The notes under the pieces are model-generated. The model was not told where the DNA came from, made no database searches, and saw only the letters and a program-made list of their open reading frames with translations. Below, one piece after another: positions 29,133-38,029 of a DNA stretch of 64,000 nucleotides (position 1 is the first letter of the stretch; every line of letters begins with the position of its first letter). Both the position numbers and the translations under genes were made by a program. Source of the DNA: Bacillota bacterium (GTDB lineage: Bacteria > Bacillota > Sulfobacillia > RBS10-35 > JAJYVN01); assembly GCA_021806565.1 (NCBI GenBank), contig JAJZXK010000001.1, positions 100,072 through 164,071 of the forward strand, in the 5' to 3' direction.

Positions 29133-30128
29133 TCAGTCGGTCGCGCCGGGCCAGAGTTGCTGTTTCGGTTTCGCCCCGCCGCCGAAGCCGGCGATGGCCT
29201 GGGCATATGCCTCCAGTCCCTTTGCAGGCGCCAGGAGTTGGGCGAGGCTCAGGGTGGGCGCCAGGCGTACCGCCGCCGAGAAGGTGCCGTTGATCGCCAT
29301 CGAACCGACGATGGTCAGGTCGTTGAAGTAGACGGCATAGGGGCTGATCGGCACGCGCGCGCCCTGCGGTGCGACGCCGAACTGGAGGAAGGTCCCGCCG
29401 CGGCGCACCAGGCCCAGGCCCCGCTCGATCACGTCCGGCCGGCCCGTGGCATCGGCCACCAGGTCGAAGGATGCGATCGGTGGCTCGTCCTCGGGCGCCA
29501 CCGCGGCGTCGGCGCCGATCTCCATGGCGAGGGCACGCCGATCAGACCGCGGTTCGACGACGGTGACCCGGCTGGCCCCCTGGCGGCGCAGGACCTGGGC
29601 CAGCAGGAGGCCCATGGTTCCGCCTCCCAGGACGGCGACCGTATCCCCCGGGCGCAGGTGTGCGCGGTGGGCGCCCCACAGCGCGCAGGCGAGCGGCTCG
29701 ATCAGGGCGGCCTCTCCCCAACCGATGCCCTCAGGCAGCACATGGCAGTTGGCGGCCGGCACCGCCACCCGCTCGGCGAGACCGCCAGCGACCGTGTCCC
29801 CGATGGCGCCCCAATGCTCGCAGAGGTTGCCGCGCCTGTCGCGGCAGGCGCCGCACCGCCCGCAGGCGAGCGTCGGGTCGACGGCCACGCGCGCGCCCAG
29901 TTCGGGCGCGGCCACGCCCGCGCCGAGTTCGACCACTACTCCCGCGAACTCGTGGCCCGGGATGAGCGGATAGGGTGACGGCGGGAACTCCCCGTGCGCA
30001 ATGTGCACGTCGGTGCCGCATAGTCCGCAGGCCCGCACCTCCACCGTGACCTCGCCCGTCCCCGGCCGAGGCGGTTCCACCTCGCGGACGCCGTAAGTTC
30101 CGGGCTGCTCGACCACGATCGCACGCAT
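29133..30128 (-). CDS. zinc-dependent alcohol/polyol dehydrogenase
   Basis: CGTD, GHE, CGRCGAC...C, EPLAC, GGGTMG. Confidence 0.93.
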   Translation of the reverse strand: MRAIVVEQPGTYGVREVEPPRPGTGEVTVEVRACGLCGTDVHIAHGEFPPSPYPLIPGHEFAGVVVELGAGVAAPELGARVAVDPTLACGRCGACRDRRGNLCEHWGAIGDTVAGGLAERVAVPAANCHVLPEGIGWGEAALIEPLACALWGAHRAHLRPGDTVAVLGGGTMGLLLAQVLRRQGASRVTVVEPRSDRRALAMEIGADAAVAPEDEPPIASFDLVADATGRPDVIERGLGLVRRGGTFLQFGVAPQGARVPISPYAVYFNDLTIVGSMAINGTFSAAVRLAPTLSLAQLLAPAKGLEAYAQAIAGFGGGAKPKQQLWPGATD

Positions 30129-30486
30129 CGCCGGCCACCATCCTTCCCGACCTGAGCGCGGCACCGTGCTTGTCACCGCTCGGACCGTCTTCGGCGCTTC
30201 CGGGCCCGGTTCCCGCCGCGCCGGGCCCGGGTGCGGTCGTGGCCAAGAGGTGGCGGCTGACGCGCTGGCGGTGGTGGCCTATGACACGGCGCCGGCGCGC
30301 AAGGTTGGCCAGGTCGTGCGCCGGAGACGGCCACTGCGGCGTGCAGCCAACTCGGCCGCCTCGGAAGCGGCGGCGCCGTCCGAACTGCGCGTGGCGGGGG
30401 GCTTCAGGGGCGAGCCAGGGTGGAAGGCCCCGGCGCTCTCCTGGCTCAGTCCTGCTTCGAACGCAGGCCGCACGGCGGAACAGCAG

Positions 30487-30740
30487 ATGGTCCAGGATCG
30501 TCGGCGTCGGGACTTCATCATGATTCACGAACGTGTTCGGGACTACGTGCGTGATGGAGTCATGGACCACAAGGTGTATTTAGTCCACGCAGCATACCTC
30601 CACTACGCTGACTACAACACAGCGTGTGCTGGACGCGCGGCGCACCTGGGGTCGGGTGGACTACCTGGTGACGCCGGTCGCCGGCGAAGGGACCGCATGG
30701 GTCGACGGCAATCGGGTGCGCATGGTGTTCGGGGAGTCCG
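30487..30740 (+). pseudogene. fused fragments of phage-like genes (replication-organizer-like N-terminus plus a small phage protein)
   Basis: MVQDRRRRDFIMIHERVRD...VYLVHAAYLHYADYNT is truncated and abuts VLDARRTWGRVDYLVTPVAGEGTAWV in another frame. Confidence 0.4.
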
Positions 30741-30884
30741 GAGGCCAGGAGAGCGCGGGAGGGCCCCACCACGCATCGAAGCCGATCGTCTGGCCCCCCC
30801 CCCGATGTAGCGGAGGACCCGAAAATGCGCACTGCGGGGCTGTATGGGAGAGCCCGGGTGGCAAGGCCCGGGCTCTCCCATGTC

Positions 30885-31397
30885 TCAGCCCTTCTTCGCG
30901 GCGCCGACGCGTTTCCGCGCCGCCTGGCGGGTGGCGTTGGGTTGCCAGGCGAGTAGACTGCGCAGGCTAACCTCTCGCCATGTACCGCCGTCGTGTCGGG
31001 GACGCGCCAGCACGTCTCCACGGCGGATGGCACCGAGCAGACCGCCCAGAGTGACCCCGCGCATCTTCGCGGCCACGGTGGTAGAGATCCATTCATCGGC
31101 CGCGGGGTCTTCGGCTGGGTCAAATCCCGGTTCGGTGCGCAGGCTGCCATCGCGCATGCCGGCGCGATCCTCCAGGTCGCGCAACGCCTGGAATCCCGGG
31201 GTGTCCCATACCTGTCGCGTGATGACCCCGTGTGTCTCCCGCAGCCAAGGGTTATCCGGAGATTCGACCAGGTGGCTCATCGCGACCCAACCGGCGCCCG
31301 TGCGATAGGCGTCCACAGCCTTGCGCACGTAGGCAGCCTCCTGCTCCGATACGGCAGACAGGTCCAGCACCTTCCCATCCAGCAGTCGGTACGTCAC
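30885..31397 (-). CDS. hypothetical protein with C-terminal excisionase-like HTH
   Basis: RBS AAAGGGG, upstream TTGACA; WISTTVAAKMRGVTLGGLLGAIRRGDV HTH-like segment. Confidence 0.6.
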   Translation of the reverse strand: MTYRLLDGKVLDLSAVSEQEAAYVRKAVDAYRTGAGWVAMSHLVESPDNPWLRETHGVITRQVWDTPGFQALRDLEDRAGMRDGSLRTEPGFDPAEDPAADEWISTTVAAKMRGVTLGGLLGAIRRGDVLARPRHDGGTWREVSLRSLLAWQPNATRQAARKRVGAAKKG

Positions 31398-31504
31398 GGC
31401 GCCCGCGCCCCCTTTCATCGCATTCCGTCCACACAGAATATGTACCATCACTGCAGTTTTGTCAATGAGGGGGGCCGGGCCCATCCGGCCCCCCTCGCCG
31501 CTCG

Positions 31505-31816
31505 CTACCGCACGGTCCGAATCTCGGGAATCCCTGCGACCTCTACGAACATCGCCTCCTGGCGGAACCGCCTGCCGGCCCAGTCAACGACCGCGAGCCA
31601 TGCGGACAGGTCCCACCAGCTTGCCAGGGCGACGACGTAGCGGCGGCTCCGATCGCGGTACGTCCGGTCGCCATCGGTCCAGCCGCCTGTCACATCGCTA
31701 TCCCGGGTCAACCCTCCCCACTGCATCAATCGAGATTCCAGTTCACGCCATGCGGACCGATCAAACGCGCTGCCGTCATTGTCTGCGACCGGGACCACCA
31801 AGGTCGTCTTGATCAC
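31505..31816 (-). CDS. small hypothetical protein (DUF3574-like pattern)
   Basis: RBS AAGGAGGT; PVADNDG, WGGLT, GGW, RFRQEAMF. Confidence 0.65.
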   Translation of the reverse strand: MIKTTLVVPVADNDGSAFDRSAWRELESRLMQWGGLTRDSDVTGGWTDGDRTYRDRSRRYVVALASWWDLSAWLAVVDWAGRRFRQEAMFVEVAGIPEIRTVR

Positions 31817-31830
31817 GCGCTCACCTCCTT

Positions 31831-31949
31831 CGATGCAATCACATGGCATCGCCTGGTCAAGTGCTTTGATGAAGATTTGCAGGAAAACTGCATCAGGCCC
31901 CCGGCGCTACGCGAGCTGCTTGATGCAGTTGCGGGTGGTGTCGGCATCA
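31831..31949. promoter_or_regulatory. array of palindromic operator-like sites
   Basis: CGATGC-N9-GCATCG (31831-31851), TGATGA-N17-GCATCA (31867-31895), TGATGC-N17-GCATCA (31921-31949). Confidence 0.45.
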
Positions 31950-32035
31950 TGAGGCGCGCGGCCGAGAAGTGGCGAGATTCGGCGTGGACCACCGGATATG
32001 GTGCCGCGCCAGCGCCACCTGCCTGCTCGCGGGTA

Positions 32036-32353
32036 CTACCCCTGGGGTGCCGCGGCGGCGGTCGGCCCTTGGTATTCGTAGGGAGCCCAATACTCGACCC
32101 ACGTCGCATATCCGGCATCGGTTGCCGCCCAACAGGTGGTGCTGCCGACGCGACACGACCTGACCCATCCGATCCGTCGCAAGGCCACCAGCGGCCCGGT
32201 GACGGACGATATATCCTCGTTGCGTAGCGCATCCCAGGCGATCTTGTGCGACGTGACGTAGCCAGGCGGCACGGTGGACGTCTTCGAGGGAACGGGTGCC
32301 TTGTCACGTTCGCGGCAGAGTAGGTCCAACACTTTGATTTGCTTCCAGGGCAT
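32036..32353 (-). CDS. hypothetical protein, possible winged-helix
   Basis: RBS GGGGAGG; LVALRRIGWV...WAATDAG resembles a wHTH wing. Confidence 0.45.
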   Translation of the reverse strand: MPWKQIKVLDLLCRERDKAPVPSKTSTVPPGYVTSHKIAWDALRNEDISSVTGPLVALRRIGWVRSCRVGSTTCWAATDAGYATWVEYWAPYEYQGPTAAAAPQG

Positions 32354-32386
32354 GCGTCTATTGCCCACCGGCCAGCACCTCCCCAT

Positions 32387-32764
32387 TCATCGCGCGATCG
32401 TCCCCTTCGCCTGTCGGATCCGCCGCATCCACCAGCCCCAGCCGTGCCGCGGCGCTCGGCCGCGTGGCCACGACTGGAGACGTGCCCGCGTTGGCATCCG
32501 GCCGTCGTGGTCCAGGGCATAGGCGACGCAGTAGTCCACCTCGCGATGCCCCCACGACGGTCTGCATGCGGTGCCGCCGCCGCCGGCGATGTCAAGCCCG
32601 GAGCGGACCGCCAGCCAGGAGCCCTCGCGGTCCACCCTGCATATCCACCGGCCGGCCGGGGTCGATAGGACGGCCTGCCAAGTGCCGTCAATGAGACTGC
32701 GCTGCCAGTGCAATGGGCCTCCCCGGGGCAGCGATCGCCGGTATCTGCCCGTCACGCTCTCCAC
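32387..32764 (-). CDS. hypothetical Trp-rich phage-like protein
   Basis: ORF with RBS GGAGG, in tandem with the next minus-strand ORF. Confidence 0.4.
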   Translation of the reverse strand: MESVTGRYRRSLPRGGPLHWQRSLIDGTWQAVLSTPAGRWICRVDREGSWLAVRSGLDIAGGGGTACRPSWGHREVDYCVAYALDHDGRMPTRARLQSWPRGRAPRHGWGWWMRRIRQAKGTIAR

Positions 32765-32922
32765 CTCCGTTCCGATCGCGCGGCAAACGGCATCACGGAC
32801 GCAGCTCGGCGGGGATCGGCAACGGCAGTTCTCCGTTGGCGATCCGCCGGCCGGGCGTCGGTCGCATGTCCGCCGGCGCCCAGCCCGTCCATCCCTGACT
32901 CTGCTGGAAGGGGGGCAGCGGC

Positions 32923-33252
32923 ATGAGCATCGGGGAGCGGATCAGGGATGCGCGGCTCCGAGAGGGACTGACGATCCGCAAGGCGGCGTAGCGCGCCGGC
33001 ATGCTGCCGCAGGCGTGGTCGCGATTGGAACGCGGTGAGGTGCGGGCTCCGCATGCGGATACACTTTCGCGGGTGGCGAAGGTGGTCGGCGATGATGCGG
33101 TGCGGGAGGAGAACCACAGCTCCTATGTGCTGAGACTGTGGGATGCCATGGGCCCCACTGACCGCGAAGCCATCCTGAGCGAGATGGTGCGGCGAGCGGT
33201 GCCTGGGTCTTTTGACAGTGCCGATGAGCTCCTGCAGGCCGCAGCCCTGTAG
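32923..33252 (+). pseudogene. XRE-family HTH repressor with in-frame TAG
   Basis: MSIGERIRDARLREGLTIRKAA*RAGMLPQAWSRLERGEVRAP; TAG at 32989-32991; RBS GAAGGGGG. Confidence 0.75.
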
Positions 33253-33332
33253 GCGCTAGGCCGCGCAGGTAGCGCGGCCTGAATGTGGTGGACCGAGGGT
33301 GGGCCGCGCAAGGCGGCCTGTGACCGGATGAC

Positions 33333-33409
33333 TGGTCGGGCTGGCCGGATTCGAACCGGCGGCCTCCTGAACCCCATTCAGGCGCGCTACCAAGCTGCGC
33401 CACAGCCCG
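33333..33409 (-). tRNA. tRNA-Pro(GGG)
   Basis: CGGGCTG acceptor stem, GCGCAGCTTGGTAGCGC D arm, CCTGA-ATGGGGT-TCAGG anticodon arm, GGTTCGAATCC, 3' CCA. Confidence 0.97.
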
Positions 33410-33552
33410 ACAATCCAGTGCGTCGCATCTGAGGCGGCACAGCGCATTCTAGCACACGAAGCCGGGGTGGCGGAAGATGGCCGGGTGGACCGGTGTTGGG
33501 CGGTGAGCCACGGATGCCGGCGCTGCGGTTGCGGGTGTTGCCGCGGCGTTGA

Positions 33553-33621
33553 TTGACGCTCCCTGTATCCCCCGGATAGAATCCGAGCAAAAGACCGAAA
33601 ACGCAGGGGATTTCTCGGTAT
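33553..33621 (+). promoter_or_regulatory. sigma-A promoter and possible operator for the sulfur-carrier operon
   Basis: TTGACG-N18-TAGAAT, followed by an A-rich imperfect inverted repeat ACCGA...TCGGT; an Rrf2/CymR-type site is an inference. Confidence 0.5.
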
Positions 33622-33660
33622 AGCCGGCCGGCGCGGCCTGCCGAGCGGGGAGTGTGGCCA

Positions 33661-35115
33661 ATGGCAGTACGTGTGTATATCCCGAGTCCATACCGCCAAT
33701 ACACGGAGCGGGCGACGCATGTGCAGGCGGACGCCGCCACACTCGGGGAATTGCTGCGCGAGTTGGCGGGGCGGTATCCCGAGTTGGGGGAGCGGATCCT
33801 GGATGCGCAGGGTCGCATCACCGGGCACCTCAACGTCTACGTCAACCAGGTCGAGGTGCGCAGCCTTGATGGAGAGCAGACGGTGGTGCGGGATGGCGAC
33901 GAGGTGGCGCTGATCCCGGCGATGGCCGGTGGGGAGGCGGTGGCGACGCCGCGCAAGCTCACCCAGGAGCAGTTGGAGCGTTACAGCCGACAGATCCGCC
34001 TGGCGGAGGTCGGGCTGGAGGGTCAGCGCCGGCTGCTGGACGCCAAGGTGCTCTTGGTGGGTGCCGGTGGGCTCGGTTCCCCCGCGGCGGTCTACCTCGC
34101 GGCCGCGGGCGTCGGCACGATCGGCTTGGTCGACGGGGACCGTGTCGACCTGAGCAACCTGCAGCGGCAGATCCTGCACTTCAACCACGACGTCGGCCGG
34201 CCGAAGGTGCAATCGGCCAAACGCCATATCGAGGACCTCAACCCAGACGTCCGCGTGGTCACCTTTCCCACCGTGCTGACCTCCGACAACGCCATGGACA
34301 TCCTGGCCCCGTTCGATCTGATCATCAACGGTTGCGACAACTTTCCCACCCGCTACCTTGTCAACGACGCCTGCGTCCTGCTCGGCAAGCCGATGGTCGA
34401 CGCGTCGATCCTGCAGTGGGAGGGGCAGGCCACCGTGTTCCTGCCCGGGCGCGGCTGCTACCGCTGTCTGTTCCCGGTCCCACCGCCAGCCGGCTCCGTC
34501 CCGTCCTGCGCGCAGGCCGGCATCATCGGCGCCCTGGCCGGGCACATGGGCACCCTGCAGGCGGTCGAGGCGGTGAAGGTCATCCTGGGCAAGGGCGATC
34601 CCCTGAGCGGGCGGCTGATCACCTACGACGCCCTCGCCGGGGAATACCAGTCGCTGCGGTGGAACCGCAATCCCAACTGTCCCGTATGCGGCGACCACCC
34701 GACCGTCACGGCGCTGATCGACTATGAGGGGTTCTGCGGGGTGCCGGGCGCGGACCACGATGGTGCGCACGCGGAGCCCCCGGCCAAGGAGGCCTCCCAC
34801 GACCTGTCCCCGCAGGAGGCCTGGGGGCGGGTGCAGGCGGGGGCGCTCTTGGTGGACGTGCGCGAGCCCTATGAGTATGGGGACGTGCGCATCCCGGGCG
34901 CGGAACTGGCTCCGTTCGGCATGATGCTGCAGCGTGGGCGCACCGCCCTGGATCCGGCGCAGGCGGCTGTCTTCGTATGCCGCATCGGTGAACGATCCGC
35001 CGTGCTGGTCGACCTGCTGCGCCAGGAAGGCTTCGACCAGACCTATAACCTGCGGGGTGGTTTGGTGGCCTGGGAGAACGATGGCCTGCCGCTCGAACGG
35101 ACCAAAGGACAGTGA
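33661..35115 (+). CDS. fusion of ubiquitin-like sulfur carrier (MoaD/CysO), MoeB/E1 adenylyltransferase and rhodanese
   Basis: IPAMAGG ends the Ubl domain; ERYSRQ, GAGGLGS, SNLQRQ, CYRC, PSCAQAG, CPVC; rhodanese loop CRIGERS. Confidence 0.92.
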   Translation: MAVRVYIPSPYRQYTERATHVQADAATLGELLRELAGRYPELGERILDAQGRITGHLNVYVNQVEVRSLDGEQTVVRDGDEVALIPAMAGGEAVATPRKLTQEQLERYSRQIRLAEVGLEGQRRLLDAKVLLVGAGGLGSPAAVYLAAAGVGTIGLVDGDRVDLSNLQRQILHFNHDVGRPKVQSAKRHIEDLNPDVRVVTFPTVLTSDNAMDILAPFDLIINGCDNFPTRYLVNDACVLLGKPMVDASILQWEGQATVFLPGRGCYRCLFPVPPPAGSVPSCAQAGIIGALAGHMGTLQAVEAVKVILGKGDPLSGRLITYDALAGEYQSLRWNRNPNCPVCGDHPTVTALIDYEGFCGVPGADHDGAHAEPPAKEASHDLSPQEAWGRVQAGALLVDVREPYEYGDVRIPGAELAPFGMMLQRGRTALDPAQAAVFVCRIGERSAVLVDLLRQEGFDQTYNLRGGLVAWENDGLPLERTKGQ

Positions 35116-36083
35116 GCCAACCGCGGCTGGAGGGAAGGGACGAGGGCATTCTGGCGGACGCCCTCGCCCTGATCGGCCGCACACCCGTGGTCCGCTTGCG
35201 GAACCTGCCGGCGCCGGACGCCGCGGAGGTCGTCTGCAAGTTGGAGTCGCTGAATCCGGGCGGCAGCGTCAAGGATCGGATCGCCGTCGCCATGGTGGAC
35301 GCGGCCGAGGCGGACGGGCGCCTGCAACCCGGCGACACCATCGTCGAGGCGACCTCGGGAAACACCGGGATCGGGCTGGCGGTGGTCGCGGCGGTGCGCG
35401 GCTATCGCCTCGTGCTTACCATGCCGGAGGATATGAGCGCCGAGCGCCGGTCGCTGTTTGCCTGGTACGGGGTGGAGGCGATCCTGACCCCGGCGCTGGA
35501 GGGCATGAGCGGGGCGGTCTTCGCCGCGGAAGAGGTGGTGCGCCGGCGTAAGGCCTTTTGGCCGCGGCAGTTCGAAAATCCGGCCAACCCGGCGGCACAC
35601 GCGGCCGCCACCGGTCCCGAACTCTGGGCCCAGTGCGACGGCAGACTCGACGCCTTCGTCGCCGGGGTGGGTACCGGGGGGACGCTCAGCGGTTGCGCAA
35701 GCTATCTGCGTTCGCGGCGGTCCGACCTGCGGGTGGTCGCGGTTGAGCCGGCCCGCAGCCCGGTGCTGGGCGGGGGCCGGCCTGGTCCGCACCGCCTGCT
35801 CGGGCTTGGCGCCGGGTTCGTCCCAGGGGTGTTTGACCGGTCGCTGGTCGATGAAGTGCTTGGGTGCAGTGACGAGGACGGGTTCGAGACCGCCCGCCTG
35901 CTGGCCTGCCGCGAGGGCTTGCTGGTCGGGCCGTCTTCCGGCGCGGCCGTCTGGGGCGCATTGCGGGTCGCCGCCGAATGCGGCCCGGGCCGGCGCGTGG
36001 CCTGCATCCTGCCGGACGGTGGGGACCGCTACGCGAGTCTGCTGCCCTGGGCCTTGCGCCGCGAGGGTGGGGGTGGGCGGTGA
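35112..36083 (+). CDS. PLP-dependent cysteine synthase (CysK/CysM family)
   Basis: KLESLNPGGSVKDR, EATSGNTG, GVGTGGT, GPSSGA, PDGGDRY. Confidence 0.93.
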   Translation: MSQPRLEGRDEGILADALALIGRTPVVRLRNLPAPDAAEVVCKLESLNPGGSVKDRIAVAMVDAAEADGRLQPGDTIVEATSGNTGIGLAVVAAVRGYRLVLTMPEDMSAERRSLFAWYGVEAILTPALEGMSGAVFAAEEVVRRRKAFWPRQFENPANPAAHAAATGPELWAQCDGRLDAFVAGVGTGGTLSGCASYLRSRRSDLRVVAVEPARSPVLGGGRPGPHRLLGLGAGFVPGVFDRSLVDEVLGCSDEDGFETARLLACREGLLVGPSSGAAVWGALRVAAECGPGRRVACILPDGGDRYASLLPWALRREGGGGR

Positions 36084-36493
36084 CGGATGCGGAGGTGCTC
36101 GTCGTGCCGGCGGACGTGCAGGCTGCGATGGTCGCGCACGCCCGCGCCGAGGCGCCGCTGGAGGCCTGCGGTCTGCTGGGTGGGCAGGGCCGCAGGGCCG
36201 AACGCTTCTACCCGACCCGTAATGCGGCCGGCAGCCCCGTGCGCTACGAGGTCGAGCCCGCCGACCTGCTGGCGGTGACCATGGCGTTGGAGTCGGCGGG
36301 GGGGGAGTTGTGGGGGGTCTTTCACTCCCATCCCCAGACCGAGGCCTATCCGTCTCAAACGGATCTGCGCTTGGCGCTGTATCCGGAGGCGGTCTATCTG
36401 ATCTGCTCGCTTGCGGACCCGCAGCGGCCGGTCCTGCGTGCGTTCCGGCTGGAGGGCACGCAGGTGCGCGAGTGTGTGCTCTCCACCGGTTGA
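36080..36493 (+). CDS. JAB/MPN metalloprotease (Mec+/M67 family)
   Basis: EACGLL, FHSHP...YPSQTD. Confidence 0.92.
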   Translation: MTDAEVLVVPADVQAAMVAHARAEAPLEACGLLGGQGRRAERFYPTRNAAGSPVRYEVEPADLLAVTMALESAGGELWGVFHSHPQTEAYPSQTDLRLALYPEAVYLICSLADPQRPVLRAFRLEGTQVRECVLSTG

Positions 36494-36674
36494 GGGCGCA
36501 GGATGTGCGCCGGTGGGGCAGAATGCTTTCATACGATACGAACGTCGGCTGGATGCGGGCGGTCTGGCGACCACGTCCGGCGGTGGGCGGATCGTCGGCT
36601 TCACGCTTCCAGGTCTCAGTCAGGGCCTGCCGGCCGCGGCACGGCCCTTTTCATGCGGAAGGAGGCTCACCTGG

Positions 36675-37490
36675 GTGCGTTACGTGCGTTTTGCGGCGGA
36701 GGGCCGCGCGGTCTGGGGGCGGATGGAGGACGGCTCGGTGGTGCCGCTGTCCACCGCCCCCTATCTCGGGGGGCGGGAGGCCGGTGCGCCGCTGCCGCTT
36801 CAGGGGCTGAAGCTGCTGGCCCCCGCCACGCCCAGCAAGATCCTGTGCGTGGGAATGAACTATATGACCCACCTGGCCGACCGGGAGGGGCCCGACCGCC
36901 TGGTCGCGGGGATCATCGCCCGCGCGATCGAGCCCGGACAGGAACGGCGCGACCCGCTGCTATTCCTCAAGGCCCCCAGCGCGCTGGTGGGGCCTGGTGA
37001 ACCGATCGTGCTGCCGCCGGAGACCGAGCGCGCGGACTACGAGGCCGAGCTGGCGCTGGTGATCGGCCAGACTCTGCGGCGCGCCGCGGGCCGGCAGGAG
37101 GCGGCGGCGGCCATTTACGGCTACACCCTGGCCAACGACGTCAGCGCGCGCGACCTGCAGGAACGCGACCAGCAGTGGATGCGCGCGAAGTCCTTTGACA
37201 GCTTCTGCCCGCTCGGGCCCTGGGTGGACACCGAGTTTGCCCCGGCGGACCGCGAGATCAGCGGGTGGCTCAACGGTGAACGGCGCCAGTCCGCCTCCAC
37301 CGCCCAACTGATCGCGGATCCCATCGAACTCGTGCGCTTTGCGTCGCAGGCGATGACGCTGCTCCCCGGGGATCTTCTGCTGACCGGCACCCCCACCGGA
37401 GTGGACCGGATGTCTGCGGGCGATCGCTTCTGCGTGCGCGTGGAAGGCTTGGGGGAGTTGTGCAATCCGGTTCGCGCCGAGGTGGGCTGA
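36675..37490 (+). CDS. fumarylacetoacetate hydrolase family protein
   Basis: KILCVGMNY, FLKAPS, DYEAEL, ANDVSARD, KSFD, LTGTP. Confidence 0.93.
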   Translation: MRYVRFAAEGRAVWGRMEDGSVVPLSTAPYLGGREAGAPLPLQGLKLLAPATPSKILCVGMNYMTHLADREGPDRLVAGIIARAIEPGQERRDPLLFLKAPSALVGPGEPIVLPPETERADYEAELALVIGQTLRRAAGRQEAAAAIYGYTLANDVSARDLQERDQQWMRAKSFDSFCPLGPWVDTEFAPADREISGWLNGERRQSASTAQLIADPIELVRFASQAMTLLPGDLLLTGTPTGVDRMSAGDRFCVRVEGLGELCNPVRAEVG

Positions 37491-37518
37491 ACCCGGCTCG
37501 GCGCAGAGGGAGTGGGAT

Positions 37519-38007
37519 GTGGTGTCAGGCGCGGCGACTGCCCCGGAGGGCGTGCAGGACAGGACCCTGGTGCTGATCAAACCGGATGGGGTGCAGCGCG
37601 CTCTGATGGGCGAGGTGGTGGCGCGCCTGGAGCGCAAGGGCTTGCGTCTGTGCGCCGCGCGCTTCGTGCGGGCCGACCGCCGCCTGGCCGAGGCGCACTA
37701 CGCCCCCCACCGGGAGCGGCCGTTTTTCGAAGAACTCATCGGCTTTCTCACCTCTGGTCCGATGCTGGCCATGGTGTGGGAGGGCCCGCGCGCGATCGAG
37801 CACGTGCGCGCCCTGATGGGCGCCACCGACCCCGCCAAGGCGTCTCCCGGTACGATCCGCGGCGATTTCGCCCTCAGCATCGCCAATAACCTCATCCATG
37901 GCTCGGACGGCCCGGAGTCGGCGGCGCGCGAGATCCCGCTGTTCTTCCGGCCGGAGGAGGTCGTCTCCTATCGGCGGGCCGCGGACGGCTGGGTCACCGG
38001 CGCATAG
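37519..38007 (+). CDS. ndk: nucleoside diphosphate kinase
   Basis: TLVLIKPDG, PGTIRGDF, NLIHGSD. Confidence 0.97.
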   Translation: MVSGAATAPEGVQDRTLVLIKPDGVQRALMGEVVARLERKGLRLCAARFVRADRRLAEAHYAPHRERPFFEELIGFLTSGPMLAMVWEGPRAIEHVRALMGATDPAKASPGTIRGDFALSIANNLIHGSDGPESAAREIPLFFRPEEVVSYRRAADGWVTGA

Positions 38008-38029
38008 CGCACGATGGGGGGGCGTCGGG

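Larger units (their letters stand above)
30487..33290. mobile_element. degraded prophage or integrative-element relic adjacent to tRNA-Pro
   Basis: Short, fragmented phage-like ORFs, an interrupted XRE repressor and operator-like palindromes, located at a tRNA 3' end; no integrase or att duplication seen. Confidence 0.55.

Noticed and set aside
30412..30470. Hairpin CCTGC-TTCGAAC-GCAGG as a tRNA T-arm or displaced att fragment
   Set aside because: It lacks the G-C closing pair of a T arm and does not match the tRNA-Pro 3' end.
30528..30539. Palindrome CGAACGTGTTCG as a LexA box
   Set aside because: The spacer is 2 nt rather than 4, and it lies inside a coding remnant.
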